Origin: Squalus acanthias
Taxonomy: Eukaryota
Assembly: GCA_030390025.1 (NCBI GenBank)
Contig: CM059432.1
Span: 110,114,001 to 110,178,000, forward strand
Reading direction: 5' to 3'
DNA: 64,000 nucleotides
Shown: positions 40,901-52,360 of the stretch, piece by piece
Position numbering within the stretch: position 1 is the first letter of the stretch
How the letters are laid out: every line of letters begins with the position of its first letter
Notes under the pieces: model-generated
Seen by the model: only the letters and a program-made list of their open reading frames with translations
What the model was told of the DNA's origin: nothing
Databases searched by the model: none
Program-made: the position numbers and the translations under genes

Positions 40901-40981
40901 CATCGAGTACTTGTACCCGGCCCGCGTCTCCTTCCGCCCCGTGCCCGGGGTCTTCATCTTGCCCACCGCGAACCGAGACAT
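40901..40981 (-). CDS. OXR1: Probable alternative first coding exon of short (TLDc-only) OXR1 isoform, with GC donor
   Basis: ATG in agcATGt context; translates MSRFAVGKMKTPGTGRKETRAGYKYSM, followed by G|GCAAGT. Phase 0 like the downstream acceptors. Resembles the recalled short-isoform N-terminus MSRLWYGKKGRRHQPINHKYTL. Lies in the only large non-TE CpG-rich patch I noticed. Confidence 0.65.
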
Positions 40982-41600
40982 GCTGGTCCGACCGCTGCTC
41001 TCACCGCCCCGCCATCACAGGCCGCACACGCACCGCACCGCCTCCGCCCGCGGTCCAACAAGAGCCCGCGATCCGCCCGGCCCACTTGACTGACTGATAC
41101 TCCATCCCACCAGTCACAGCCCGGGGGCGGTCCCACAGACTGACTGACACTCCATCCCACCAGTCACAGCCCGGGGGCGGTCCCACAGCCTGACTGACAC
41201 TCCATCCCACCAGTCACAGCCCGGGGGCGGTCCCACAGCCTGACTGACACTCCATCCCACCAGTCACAGCCCGGGGGCGGTCCCACAGCCTGACTGACAC
41301 TCCAGCCCACCAGTCACAGCCCGGGGGCGGTCCCACAGCCTGACTGACACTCCATCTCACCAGTCACAGCCCGGGGGCGGTCCCACAGACTGACTGACCA
41401 CCTCTCAGTCCGGGGGGGGCGGACCTACAGACTGACTGACTGACACTCCATCTCACCACTCAGCGCTCTTCGCTGATTGATGCCCGAAGATTCTCACGAA
41501 GGGCGCAGCGACGGGAGGTGCCGGGGCAGGGAGTGACCTCTGCTCCATTCAGCACACCGTCCAGCTCCGCGTTTATAAACTCGGCAAACTGTGCCACCTC
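40982..41600 (-). promoter_or_regulatory. CpG-rich putative internal promoter/5'UTR of short OXR1 isoform
   Basis: High GC/CpG density and multiple GGGGCGG boxes immediately upstream of the 40981 ATG on the minus strand. Confidence 0.55.
41091..41398. repeat. 50-bp minisatellite, 6 near-identical copies plus degenerate partials
   Basis: Unit tgactgacactccatcccaccagtcacagcccgggggcggtcccacag(a/c)c repeats at 50-bp period starting at 41091. Confidence 0.95.
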
Positions 41601-41649
41601 CCCTGTGGGCTGGAGCGATGCCAAAAACTGCAGCTTTTATCACAGAGTA

Positions 41650-43208
41650 CATAAGAACATAAGAATTAGGAGCAGGAGTAGGCCATTCGGCGCCTCGAGC
41701 CTGCTCCGCCATTCAATAAGATCATGGCTGATCTTCGACCTCATCTCCACTTTCCTGAACGATCCCATATCCCTCAATTCCCCTAGAGTCCAAAAATCTA
41801 TCGATCTCTGTCTTAAATATACTCAACGACTGAGCCTCCACAGCCCTCTGGGGGAGAGAATTCCAAAGATTCACCACCAACTGAGTGAAGAAATTTCTCC
41901 TCATCTCAGTCCTAAATGGCCGACCCCTTATCCTGAGACTGTGACCCCTGGTTCGAGACTCCCCAAAGACAAGAATAATGCAGTAGATGTAATTTATCTA
42001 GATTTGCAAAAGTCCTTCGATAAGGTACCACATAATAGACCTGGGAACACCACCAGCTCCAAGTTCCCCTCCAAGTCACACACCATCCTCACTTGGAAAT
42101 ATATCACCGTTCCTTCATCGTCGCTGGGTCAAAATCCTGGTACTCCCTCCCTAACAGGGAGTGGGAGTATCTTCACCCTGCGGACTGCAGCAGTTCAAGA
42201 AGGCGTCTCACCACCACCTTCTCAAGGGCAATTAGGGATGGGCAATAAATGCTGGACTTGGCAGCGATGCCCACATCCCATGAATTAATTGTGGTGGTTG
42301 AAGTGGTTGAAGGTCAATCATCACAGCCCCAAGACATCGCTGCAGGACTTCCTCAGGGCAGTGTCCTCGGCCCAACCATCTTCAGCTGCTTCATCAATGA
42401 CCTTCCCTCCAACATAAGGTCAGAAATGGGGATGTTCGCTGATGATTGCACAGTGTTCAGCGCCATTTGCAACTCCACAGATAATGAAGCCGTCCATGCC
42501 CGCATGCAACAAGACCTGGACACATTCAGGCTTGGGCTGATAAGTGGCAGGTAACATTCGCGCCACAGAAGTGCCAGGCAATGACTATCTCCAACAAGCG
42601 AGAGTCTAACCACCTCCCCATGATATTCAATGGCATTACCAGCGCCGAATCCCCCACTATCAACATCCTGGGGGTCACCATTAACCAGGAACTTAACTGG
42701 ACCAGCCACACACATACTGTAGCAACAAGAGCAGGTCAGAGGCTAGGTATTCTGCGGCGAGTGTCTCACCTCCTGACTCCCCAAAGCCTTTCCACCATCT
42801 ACAAGGCACAAGTAAGGAGTGTGATTGAATACTCTCCACTTGCCTGGATGTGTGCAGCTCCAACAGCACTCAAGAAGCTCGACACCATCCAGGACAAAGC
42901 AGCCCACTTGATTGGCACCCCATCAACCACCTTAAACATTTACTCCCCCCACCACCGATGTACCGTGGCTGCAGTGTGTACCATCTACAAGATGCACTGC
43001 AGCAACTCGCCAAGGCTTCTTCGGCAGCACCTCCCAAACCCGCGACCTCTTCCACCTAGAAGGACAAGGGCAGCAGGCGCATGGGAACACCACCACCTCC
43101 AAGTTCCCCTCCAAGTCACACACCATCCTGACTTAGAAGTATATCGCCGATCCTTCATTGTCGCTGGGTCAAAATCCTGGAACTCCCTACCTAACAGCAC
43201 TGTGGGAG
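41650..43208. mobile_element. CR1 3' fragment (-, 41650-41965) followed by family B LINE pieces (+, 42038-43208)
   Basis: CR1 3' stem-loop; PQGSVLGP, MFADD and YSPLAW ORFs. Confidence 0.82.
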
Positions 43209-43857
43209 TTGTGAATGGCACTGAACACTGTGCGAACATCCCCATTTCTGACCTTACGTTGGAGGGAAGATCTTTGATGAAGCAGCTGAAGATGGTTGGG
43301 CCTAGGACACTGCCCTGAGGAACTCTTGCAGCGATGTCCTGGGGCTGTGATGATTGACCTTCAACCACCACAACCATCTTCCTTTGTGCTCGGTATGACT
43401 CCAGCCAGTGGAGCGTTTCCCCCCGCCCCCCGATTCCCATTGACTTCAGTTTTATTAGGGCTCCTCATGCCACACTCGGTCAAATGCTGCCTTGATGTCA
43501 AAGGCAGTCACCCTCACCTCACCTCTGGAATTCAGCTCCTTTGTCCATGTTTGGACCAAGGCTGTAATGAGGTCGGGAGCCGAGTGGTCTTGGCGGAACC
43601 CAAACTGGGCATCAGTGAGCAGGTGCCGCTTGATAGCACTGTCGATGACACCTTCCATCACTTTGCTGATGATTGAGAGTAGACTGATGGTGCGGTAATT
43701 GGCCGGGTTGGATTTGTCCTGCTTTTTGTGGACAGGACATACCTGGGCAGTTTTTCATATTGTCGGATAGATGCCAGTGTTGCAGCTGAACTGGAACAGC
43801 TTGGCTAGAGGCGCGGCTAGTTCTGGAGCACAAGTCTTCAGCACGATAGCTGGGATG

Positions 43858-44710
43858 TGGAAAGGCAAACCTGAAAAAGAACGCCGCCTCCATGGGGTAG
43901 ACTTTGCCATAAAAAATGAGCCAGTTGCACGTCTCAGAGACTCCCCTTGTGGAATAAACGAAGTCCAACACCGCCTTCAGTGTGCCCGTGCAGCCTTTGG
44001 TCGCCTGAGGAAGAGAGTGTTTGAAGATCAGGACCTCAAACCCAGCACCAAGCTCATGGTCTACAGAGCAGTAGTGATACCCGCCCTCCTGTATGCTTCA
44101 GAGACATGGACCATATACAGCAGGCACCTCAAAGCACTGGAGAGGTACCTCAAATGCTGCCTCCGCAAGATCCTGCAAATCCATTGGCAGGATAGGCGCA
44201 CCAATGTCAGTGTTCTCGCTCAAGCCAACATCCCCAGCATTGAAGCTTTGACTACCCTCGATCAGCTCTGATGGACGGGCCACATCGTCCGCATATCCAA
44301 TACGAGACTCCCAAAACAAGAGCTCTACTCGGAGCTCCGACACGGCAAGAGAGCCCCAGGTGGGCACAGGAAACGCTTCAAGGACACCCTCAAAGCCTCC
44401 TTGAAAAAGTGCAACATCCCCACCGACACCTGGGAATCCCTGGCCCAAGACCGCACAAAGTGGAGGAGAAGCATTCGGGAAGGCGCCGAACACCTCGAGT
44501 CTCTTCGCCGAGAGCAAGCGGAAGCCGAGCGCAAACAGCGGAAGGAGTGCACGTCAACCCAAGCACCCCACCCACCCGTCCCTTCAACCACTGTCTGCCC
44601 CACCTGTGACAGAGACTGTCCCGCATTGGACTCATCAGTCACCTGAGAACTCATTTTTAGTGTGGAAGCAAGTCATCCTCGGTTCCGAGGGACTGCCTAA
44701 GAAGAAGAAA
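43858..44710 (+). mobile_element. RTE-clade (BovB-like) LINE, internally deleted
   Basis: WKGKPEKERRLHGVDFAIKN (EN) fused to AAFGRLRKRVF...TKLMVYRAVVIPALLYASETWT, then a C-terminal CPTC and (gaa)n tail. Confidence 0.85.
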
Positions 44711-44789
44711 TCATCACGTGGAGTCAATCGAATTGGCTGAAGACTGGCTTCTGTGATGGTGGGGACCTCAGGAGTAGGCCGATATGGAT

Positions 44790-46562
44790 CATAGAATCAT
44801 AGAAACTTACAGCACGGAAGGAGGCCATTTCGGCCCATCGTGTCCGCGCCGGCCAACAAAGAGCTATCCAGCCTAATCCCACTTCCCAGCTCTTGGTCCG
44901 TAGCCCTGCAAGTTACAGCATCCCAAGTGCACATCCAAGTACTTTTTAAATGTGGTTAGGGTTCTTGCCTCTACCACCCTTTCAGGCAGTGAGTTCCAGA
45001 CCCCCACAACCCTCTGGGTGAAGACATTTTCCCTCAAATCCCCTCTAAACCTTCCCCCAATTACTTTAAATCTGTGCCCCCTGGTTTTTGACCCCTCTGC
45101 TAAGGGAAATAGGTCCTTTCTATCCATTTTATCTATGCCCCTCATAATTTTATACACCTCAATAAGGTCTCCCCTCAGCTTCCTCTGTTCCAAGGAAAAC
45201 AGACCCAGCCTATCCAGTCTTTCCTCATAGCTAAGATTCTCTACTCCCGGCAACATCCTTGTAAATCTCCTCTGTACCCTCTCTCATGCAATCACATCTT
45301 TCCTGTAATGTGGTGACCAGAACTGCACGCAGTACTCCAACTGAGGCCTAACTAGTGTTTTATACAGTTGAAGCATAACCCCCCTGCTCTTGTATTCTAT
45401 ACCACGGCTAATAAAGGCAAGCATTCCTTATGCCTTCTTAACCACCTTATCTACTTGGCCTGCTACCTTCAGGGATCTGTGGACATGCACTCCAAGGTCC
45501 CTTTGTTCCTCTACACTACTCACTGTCCTACCATTTAATGTGTATTCCCTTTCCTTGTTAGCCCTCCCCAAATGTATTACCTCACACTTCTCCGGATTGA
45601 ATTCCATTTGCCACTGTTCTGCCCACCTGACCAATTTATTGATATCTTCCTGCAGTCTACAGCTTCCTTCTTCAGTATCAACCACACAGCCGATTTTAGT
45701 ATCATCTGCAAACTTCTTAATCATACCCCCTATATTCAAGTCAAGATCGTTGATATATACTGCAAAAAGCAAGGGACCTAGTACTGAGCCCTGCGGAACC
45801 CCACTGGAAACAGCCTTCCAGTCACAAAAACACCCACCAACCATTACCCTCTGCTTCCTGTCTCCGAGCCAGTTCTGAATCCAACTTGACACTTTGCCTT
45901 GGATCCCATGGGCTTTTAACTTCATGACCAGTCTGCCATGTGGAACCTTATCAAAAGCCTTGCTAAAGTCCATATACACTACATCAAATGCACTACCCTC
46001 ATCTACCCTCCTTGTTACCTCCTCAAAAAACTCAATCAAGTTTGTCAGACACGACCTTCCCTTAACAAATCCGTGCTAACTATCCTTGATTAATCCGTGT
46101 CTTTCTAAATGAAGATTTATCCTGTCCTTCAGAATTCTTTCCAATAATTTTCCCACCACCGAGGTTAGGCTGACTGGCCTGTAATTACTCGGTCTATCCT
46201 TTTCTCCCTTTTTAAACAAGGGTAGCACATTAGCAGTCCTCCAGTCCTCCGGCACCACACCTGAAGCCAGAGAGGATTGAAAAATTATGGTCAGGGCCTC
46301 TGCTATTTCCTCATTTGCTTTGCTTACATTTCATCCAGGCCTGGGGATTTATCCACTTTTAAAGCTGCCAAACCCCTTAATACTTCCTCTCTCACTATGT
46401 TTATTTCATCTAATATTTCACACTCCTCCCCCCCGATAGCAATGTCTGCTTCGCCCCTCTCCTTTGTGAAAACAGACGCAAAGTATTCACTAAGAACCCT
46501 ATTCACTAAGAACCCTACCGACGTCTCCCGCCTCCACACACAGATTACCCTCATGATCTCTA
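44790..46562 (-). mobile_element. 5'-truncated CR1 LINE
   Basis: RT ORF 45428-46039 and C-terminus 44873-45256; (ttctatga)n tail; atcat on both flanks. Confidence 0.92.
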
Positions 46563-49500
46563 ATATCATCCACTCGGCACTTCTGGATGAAGATGGTTGC
46601 AAACGCCTTGTCTTTTGCACTCACGTGCTGGGCTCCACCATCATTGAGGATGGGGATATTCATGGAGCTTCCTCCTCCCATTAGTTGTTTAATGGTCCAC
46701 CACCATTCATGACTGGATGTGGCAGGACTACAGAGCTTTGATCTGATCCGTTGATTGTGGGATCGCTTAGCCCAGTCTATAGCATGCTGCTTCCACTTTT
46801 TAACATGCATGTAGTCCTGTGTTGCAGCTTCCCCAGGTTGGCACATCATTTTTAGGTACGCCTGGTGCTAGATCTGTTCTGAATCTATCCCATTTAGCAC
46901 GGTGGTAGTGCCACACAACACGATGGAGGGTGTCCTCAGTGTGAAGACGGGACATCGTCTCCACAATGACTGTACGGTGGTCACTGCTACCAATACTGTC
47001 ATGGACAGATGCATCTGCGACAGGTAGATTGGTGAGGACGAGGTCAAGTAGGTTTTTCCCCTCGTGTTGGTTCTCTCTCCACCTGTCGCAGGCCCAGACT
47101 GGCAGTTATGTCCTTCAGGTCTCGGCCAGCTCGGTCAGTAGTGGTGCTACCGAGCCACTCTTGGACATTGAAGTCCCCCACCCAGAGTACATTCTGTGCC
47201 CTTGCTACTCTCCGTGCTTCTTCCAAGTGGTGTTCAACATGGAGGAGTACTGATTCATCAGCTGAGGGAGGGCGGTAGGTGGTAATCAGCATGAGGTTTC
47301 CTTGCCCATGCTTGACCTGAAGTCATGAGACTTCATGGGGTCCGGAGTCAATGTTGAGGACTCCCAGGGCCACTCCTTCCCGACTGTATACCACTGTGCC
47401 ACCACCCCTGGTGGGTCTGTCCTGCCGGTGGTACAGTCTAACTGCCAGTATTGTTTGGTCTAGGCTCTGCACTACTTAAAGGGGAGGTGCTTTGTTGATG
47501 CAGCACCTCATTGTAGGTCTGGATGAAGACATGGCACAGTAATCAAGGGAGCGAGCACAAAGGTTCTCGGATGCTGCACTAGAGGCCATGGTCGTGGCCG
47601 TACAACGAAGTCGGGCTGTCCTGTTCCCGCAGGGTGGCAGGAGGCCATCCAAGGCCACTTGCAGAAGGCTCTGGGAGGTTATAGCTAACTCCGTCATGGC
47701 CACCAGTGTGGTCCCAAGGAACATAACAACATAGGAACACGAGTAGGCCATTCAGCCCCTTGAGCCTGTTTCGCCATTCAATGAGATCAAGGCTGATCTA
47801 CGACCTAACTCCATATACCCGCCTTTGGCCCATATCCCTTAACACCTTTGGTGAACAAAAAGCTATCAATCTCAGATTTAAAATTAACAAATGATCCAGC
47901 ATCAATTACTGTTTGCGGAAGAGTGTTCCAAACTTCTATCACCCTTTGTGTGTAGAAGTGTTAACTAAGTTCACTCCTGAAAGATCTGGCTCTAATTTTT
48001 AGACTATGCTCCCTAGTCCGAGTTTCCCCAACAAGCGGAAATAGTTTCTCTCTATTTACCTTATCTGTTCCCCTTAATATCTTGAAAACTTCGATCAGAT
48101 CACCCCTTAACCTTCTAAATTCTAGGGTGGAATCTCTTCTCGTAACTTAACCCTTGAAGTCCGGGTATCATTCTGGTAAACCTACGCTACACTCCCTCCA
48201 AGGCCAATATATCCTTCCTCAGGTGTGGTGCCCAGAACTGCTCACAGTACTCCAGGTGTGGTCTAACCAGGGCTTTGTATAGCTGCAGCATAACTTCTAC
48301 CCCCTTGTATTCTAGTCATCTAGATATAAAGGCCAGCATTCCATTAGCCTTTTTGATTATTTTCTGTACCTGTTCATGACATTTTAATGATCTATATACC
48401 TGGACCCCCCAGTCTCTATAGAGGAGAAGACAACACACCGTCACTGCATCTGACACCAGCTCAGAAAATGGCACTGCGCGGAATGGAGAGGGTAGTATAG
48501 AGGCGGGATCTGCACATGGTGAGTCGCTGGCACGAGTAAGCTGCAGCCAGGCCAGGGGGAAAGGGTAGCTCGGGGCCAGCACCCCGGAGGACGAGTTCGC
48601 GCACGAGTTCTGCTGCACAGGACTCCGATGAGGACCTCGATGGGGTGGCCTTCAGAAGAAGGGTGATGGCCATGCACACGGAAATGTTAGGTGCAATGGC
48701 AAGCCTGTCAGATAGCCTCTTGGCAATGTCAAGGAGCATGAAGGAGTCAGGCTCCAACATTGATTGGGCTTTGCACAGAGCTTGGGGCCTATGATTTCCA
48801 GTTGGAAATGATGGACAACTCCAGGGGTTGTGGATCCAGTCATGATGCTGTGTGTGATGGGCAATGTCTCGGCTTCCATTGCAGCACAGGTGGAAGCAAC
48901 CCAACGTCTGAGTGCTGCCATGTAGGCTCAGACTGCTGCCATCGTCGCTGTTTTTTTTTATTTGTTCATGGGATGTGGGCGTCACTGGCAAGGCCAGCAA
49001 TTATTGCCCATCCCTAGTTGCCCTTGAGAAGGTGGTGGTGAGCCGCTTTCTTGAACCGCTGCAGTCCGTGTGGTGAAGGTACTCCCACAGTGCTGTTAGG
49101 GAGGGAGTTCCAGGACCCAGCGACGATGAAGGATCGGCGATATACTTCCAAGTCAGGATGGTGTGTGACTTGGGGGGTTTACGAGTGTCGAAAGGGGCTT
49201 GCAAGTTGTCGCAGCAGGCCAGCAATCTGTCCTCCAACAGTGGGAGTGGCAGTGGGTCTGTGGAGCAGGAACCTGCTGTCCTCTCTCAGGATGACAGCAT
49301 TCCTACTCCCACCACTGCCACTCAGCCATTGCCGCTGCCTCTCAGCCAGCCAGCCCAGAATGCTGCCACTCATGCCAAGGTGATGCAGTCTACAGCCGGG
49401 CTTTCTAGGTCCACAGCTGGTTGAGGTCGTCCTGCAAGGCCATCTGTACTCTTCCCCCCACTGAAAGTCAGCAGCCTTCCACTAGCCATGCTGCATCCAC

Positions 49501-49735
49501 TGGGGGAGTACAGTCGGTTCAGGCACATGATCGACAGGCACTAAGGGAAAGCACAAGGGTGATTAGTTGATATTGTAAAGTTGATTGGAATCTGATAACT
49601 TTATGATTTGTGTTTGGAATGTGTGTTTTGTGGTGGTTCTCATTTCAGTTTTGCGCCCAGGAGGACGTTGTGATATTCCGTGACAGAGGATGGTATGATG
49701 GGGATGTGGTGAGCAACGGGGATCTGGGGTTTCAT

Positions 49736-50068
49736 TCACTGGAATCGGCGTCTGATAAGGCGTTCACGAACAGCCCGTCTGGAACGGGGATTTATTACCT
49801 GCCTCCTCCCTACCTCCTCTTCCTCCTTCTGAGGTGGTCCCGCAATCCCTGGTGGCAAGGGCTACGCCCTCATGATGGCCAAGTTGTGAAGCATGCAGCA
49901 AACCACCACAAAATGGGTCATCCACTTCGGTGAGTACTGGAGGGCTCCTCCCGAGTTGTCAAGGCAGCGGAACCGTTGCTTGAGCACCCCAATGGTCTGC
50001 TCGATGATATTCCTGATGGCAGCATGGCTGTCATTATATGAGTGCTGGCCACGAGTGGTGGGGTTGCG
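49736..50068 (-). pseudogene. Harbinger (HARBI1-like) transposase C-terminal fragment with one in-frame stop
   Basis: IEQTIGVLKQRFRCLD and MLHN motifs typical of DDE_Tnp_4 C-termini. Confidence 0.85.
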
Positions 50069-50308
50069 GTTGTGGAATGCACTGCCTGAAAGGGTGGTGG
50101 AGGCAGACTCAATCGTGGCTTTTAAAAGGGAATTGGATAGGTACCTGAAGGAAAATATTTTTGCAGTGTTACAGGGAAAGGGCGGGGGAGTGGGACCAGC
50201 TGTGTTCTTGCAGAGAGCCAGCATGGGCTCGATGGGCCGAATGGCCTCCTTCTGTGCTGTAACCATTCTATGATTCTATAAATCTGCTTCCTCTTCTTCC
50301 CTCTGAGC

Positions 50309-50447
50309 AGATGCTGGAAATCTGAAAAAAAAGCAGAAAATGCTGGAAATACTCAGCAGGTCAGGCAGCACCTCAACCCGAGACGTGAAATCTGTTTCTC
50401 TCTGTTGGTAGCTGCCTGACGTGCTGAATATTTCCAGCATTTTCTGT
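50309..50447. repeat. Imperfect inverted-repeat element (cagaaaatgctggaaatactcagcaggtcaggcagc / reverse complement)
   Basis: Arms at about 50335-50370 and 50410-50446. Single-arm fragments at about 4132-4170, 35875-35910, 52587-52655 and 62268-62295. Confidence 0.7.
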
Positions 50448-52050
50448 CTTCTCAGAGGCCTTCCTTTACTATCCGAGGCGTTGCAAGCATCCAGTAGCAC
50501 TCCCTGCACACTTAAAAAACTTTTAACATGTATTGCACCAAGCCACAACTTCAATAAAATTTTAAAAATTCAGTCCAAAAGCTTAAATGCAAACTTACCT
50601 GAAAGATGTGTGTGTCCCTTTAAGAGGTGCTGAAAGCGTCTCTGTCAATCTGCTGAACGCTCGCTTTTCAGAGCGAGCTTAGAACCCCACACTAAACTCA
50701 GCGCTACGGTCCAAGTTCGCTGAGGTGACGTTAAGTCGGCGTGCTGACGTCACCCTCTCTTCATTTACATTTCCAGGGCCAGTGCAGCTGTCGGCTGCGC
50801 TGAGGCCCTCACCAAAATGGCAGCCGCCACGTCCCGCGCCAGAGAAGTGCACTAGAGTGGTGACCACCATTTTTCCCCAGGATCGCGGCGGTAACTGGCC
50901 CAATTTCTAAGCCAATCACTTCACACTTCTCAGCTTTAAATTTCATCTGCCATGTGTCTGCCTATTTCACCAGACTGTTACTATCCTCCACACTATTTAC
51001 TACATTTCCAAGTTTCATTACATCTGCAAACATTGAAATTATCCCATGTATACCCACGTCCAGGACATTAATATACATCAAAAAGAGCCAGGGTCCAGCT
51101 TGAAAAACAACCAGTGCTCTCTACTTTCTGCCCCTTAGCCAATGACGTATCCACACAGCCACTGCCCCATGGGCTTCAATTACTTCAACTCTCAGCAATT
51201 TATAGGTTCAAAGAATTCCAGACTTTATTTTGCCAAATGGGCTGAGGCTCTGGTGGAGATGGGAGAGGTTACGAGGGTGGAAGTAGGTAATTCTTTGTGA
51301 TGGAGAGGATATGGGTTTGGAGCTCAGCTTTGGGTCAAATAGGGTGCCGAGGTTGCAAACAGTCTGGTTCAGTCTAAAACAGTTGCTGGGGAGGGGGATG
51401 GAATCAGTGGCAAGGGTACATAGTTTGTGGCAGGGGCCCATGACGATGGCTTTGGTCTTCCCAAGTTTCTTTCCCAGCTCCCCTCATGCCCTCTGTGAGC
51501 TCATCTTGTCCATGACACTCACCTCCTGCTCTCTTCACCCCATTTCTACTAAACTGTTAACCACCTGTTCTAGCCCCCGACCCCATACCATTATCTCTGG
51601 ATTTCCTCAATGACCTATCCTTGGCACCTCCTATTTCTCATCTACACTCTATCCCTTAGCGACATCATCTGAAAACATGGGGCTCAGGTTTCACATGTGA
51701 CAACACCCAGCTATTTTCCTGCACCTCTGAGGGATGAATATTGGCCAGGCCACTGGGGAGAATTCTTTTGCACTTCTTAGTGCATGGGATTTTTTACGTC
51801 CACCTGAGAAGTCAGACTTGGTTCAACATCTCTTACAAAATACGGCACCTCGAATAGTACTATTGCAGTGTCAGCTGAGATTATGTGCTCAAGTCTCTGC
51901 AGTGGGGCTTGTATTTATATAGCGCCTTTACAATAGTATAAGGTCCCAAGGCACTTGACAGGAGCGTTATCAGACAAAATTTGACACCGCGCCACATAAG
52001 GAGATATTAGGACAGATGACTAAAAGCTTGGTCAAAGAGGTAGGGTTTAA

Positions 52051-52360
52051 GGAACACGGTGGCATAGTGGTTAGCACTGTTGCCTCACAGCGCCAGGGAC
52101 CCGGGTTCGAGTCCGGCCCCGGGTGACTGTCTGTGTGGAGTTTGCACATTCTCCCCGTGTCTGCGTGGGTTTCCTCCGGGTGCTCCGGTTTCCTCCCACA
52201 GTCCAAAGATGTGCGAGTTAGGTTGATTTGGCTATGATAAATTGACCCTTAGTGTTAGGGGGGTTAAATACGTGGGGTTACGGGGATAGGGTGGGATATG
52301 TGTCGGTGCAGGCTCGATGGGCTGAAATGGCCTCTATCTGCATTGTGGGGATTCTGTGAT
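52051..52360 (+). mobile_element. HE1-like V-SINE inserted in an L2 remnant
   Basis: tRNA-derived A/B boxes (tggcatagtgg; gggttcgagtcc), V-domain gggtttcctccgggtgctccggtttcctcccaca, and CR1-like tail. Confidence 0.88.

Larger units (their letters stand above)
43205..47432 (-). mobile_element. Family B LINE (EN-RT) interrupted by an RTE and a CR1
   Basis: Pieces 43205-43857, 44712-44790 and 46565-47432 are collinear with the 16643-22992 copy. Confidence 0.85.
47470..50913. mobile_element. Degenerate PIF/Harbinger DNA transposon with convergent Myb/SANT (+) and DDE nuclease (-) genes, interrupted by LINE fragments
   Basis: + strand from 47531: RERAQRFSDAALEAMV...LFPQGGRRP...WEVIA. - strand 49736-50068: YNDSHAAIRNIIEQTIGVLKQRFRCLD...CCMLHNLA...RERLIRRRF. 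Insertions at about 47720-48415, 48950-49175 and 50070-50280. Confidence 0.8.

Noticed and set aside
40394..41093. ORFs spanning the N gap
   Set aside because: Open only because of Ns and low-complexity sequence.
41091..41398. Tandem arrays as CRISPR
   Set aside because: No unique spacers, no cas genes, and a vertebrate context.
52051..52125. tRNA gene
   Set aside because: The tRNA-like head continues into a V-SINE body; the same applies to 55810-55885 and 37088-37182.
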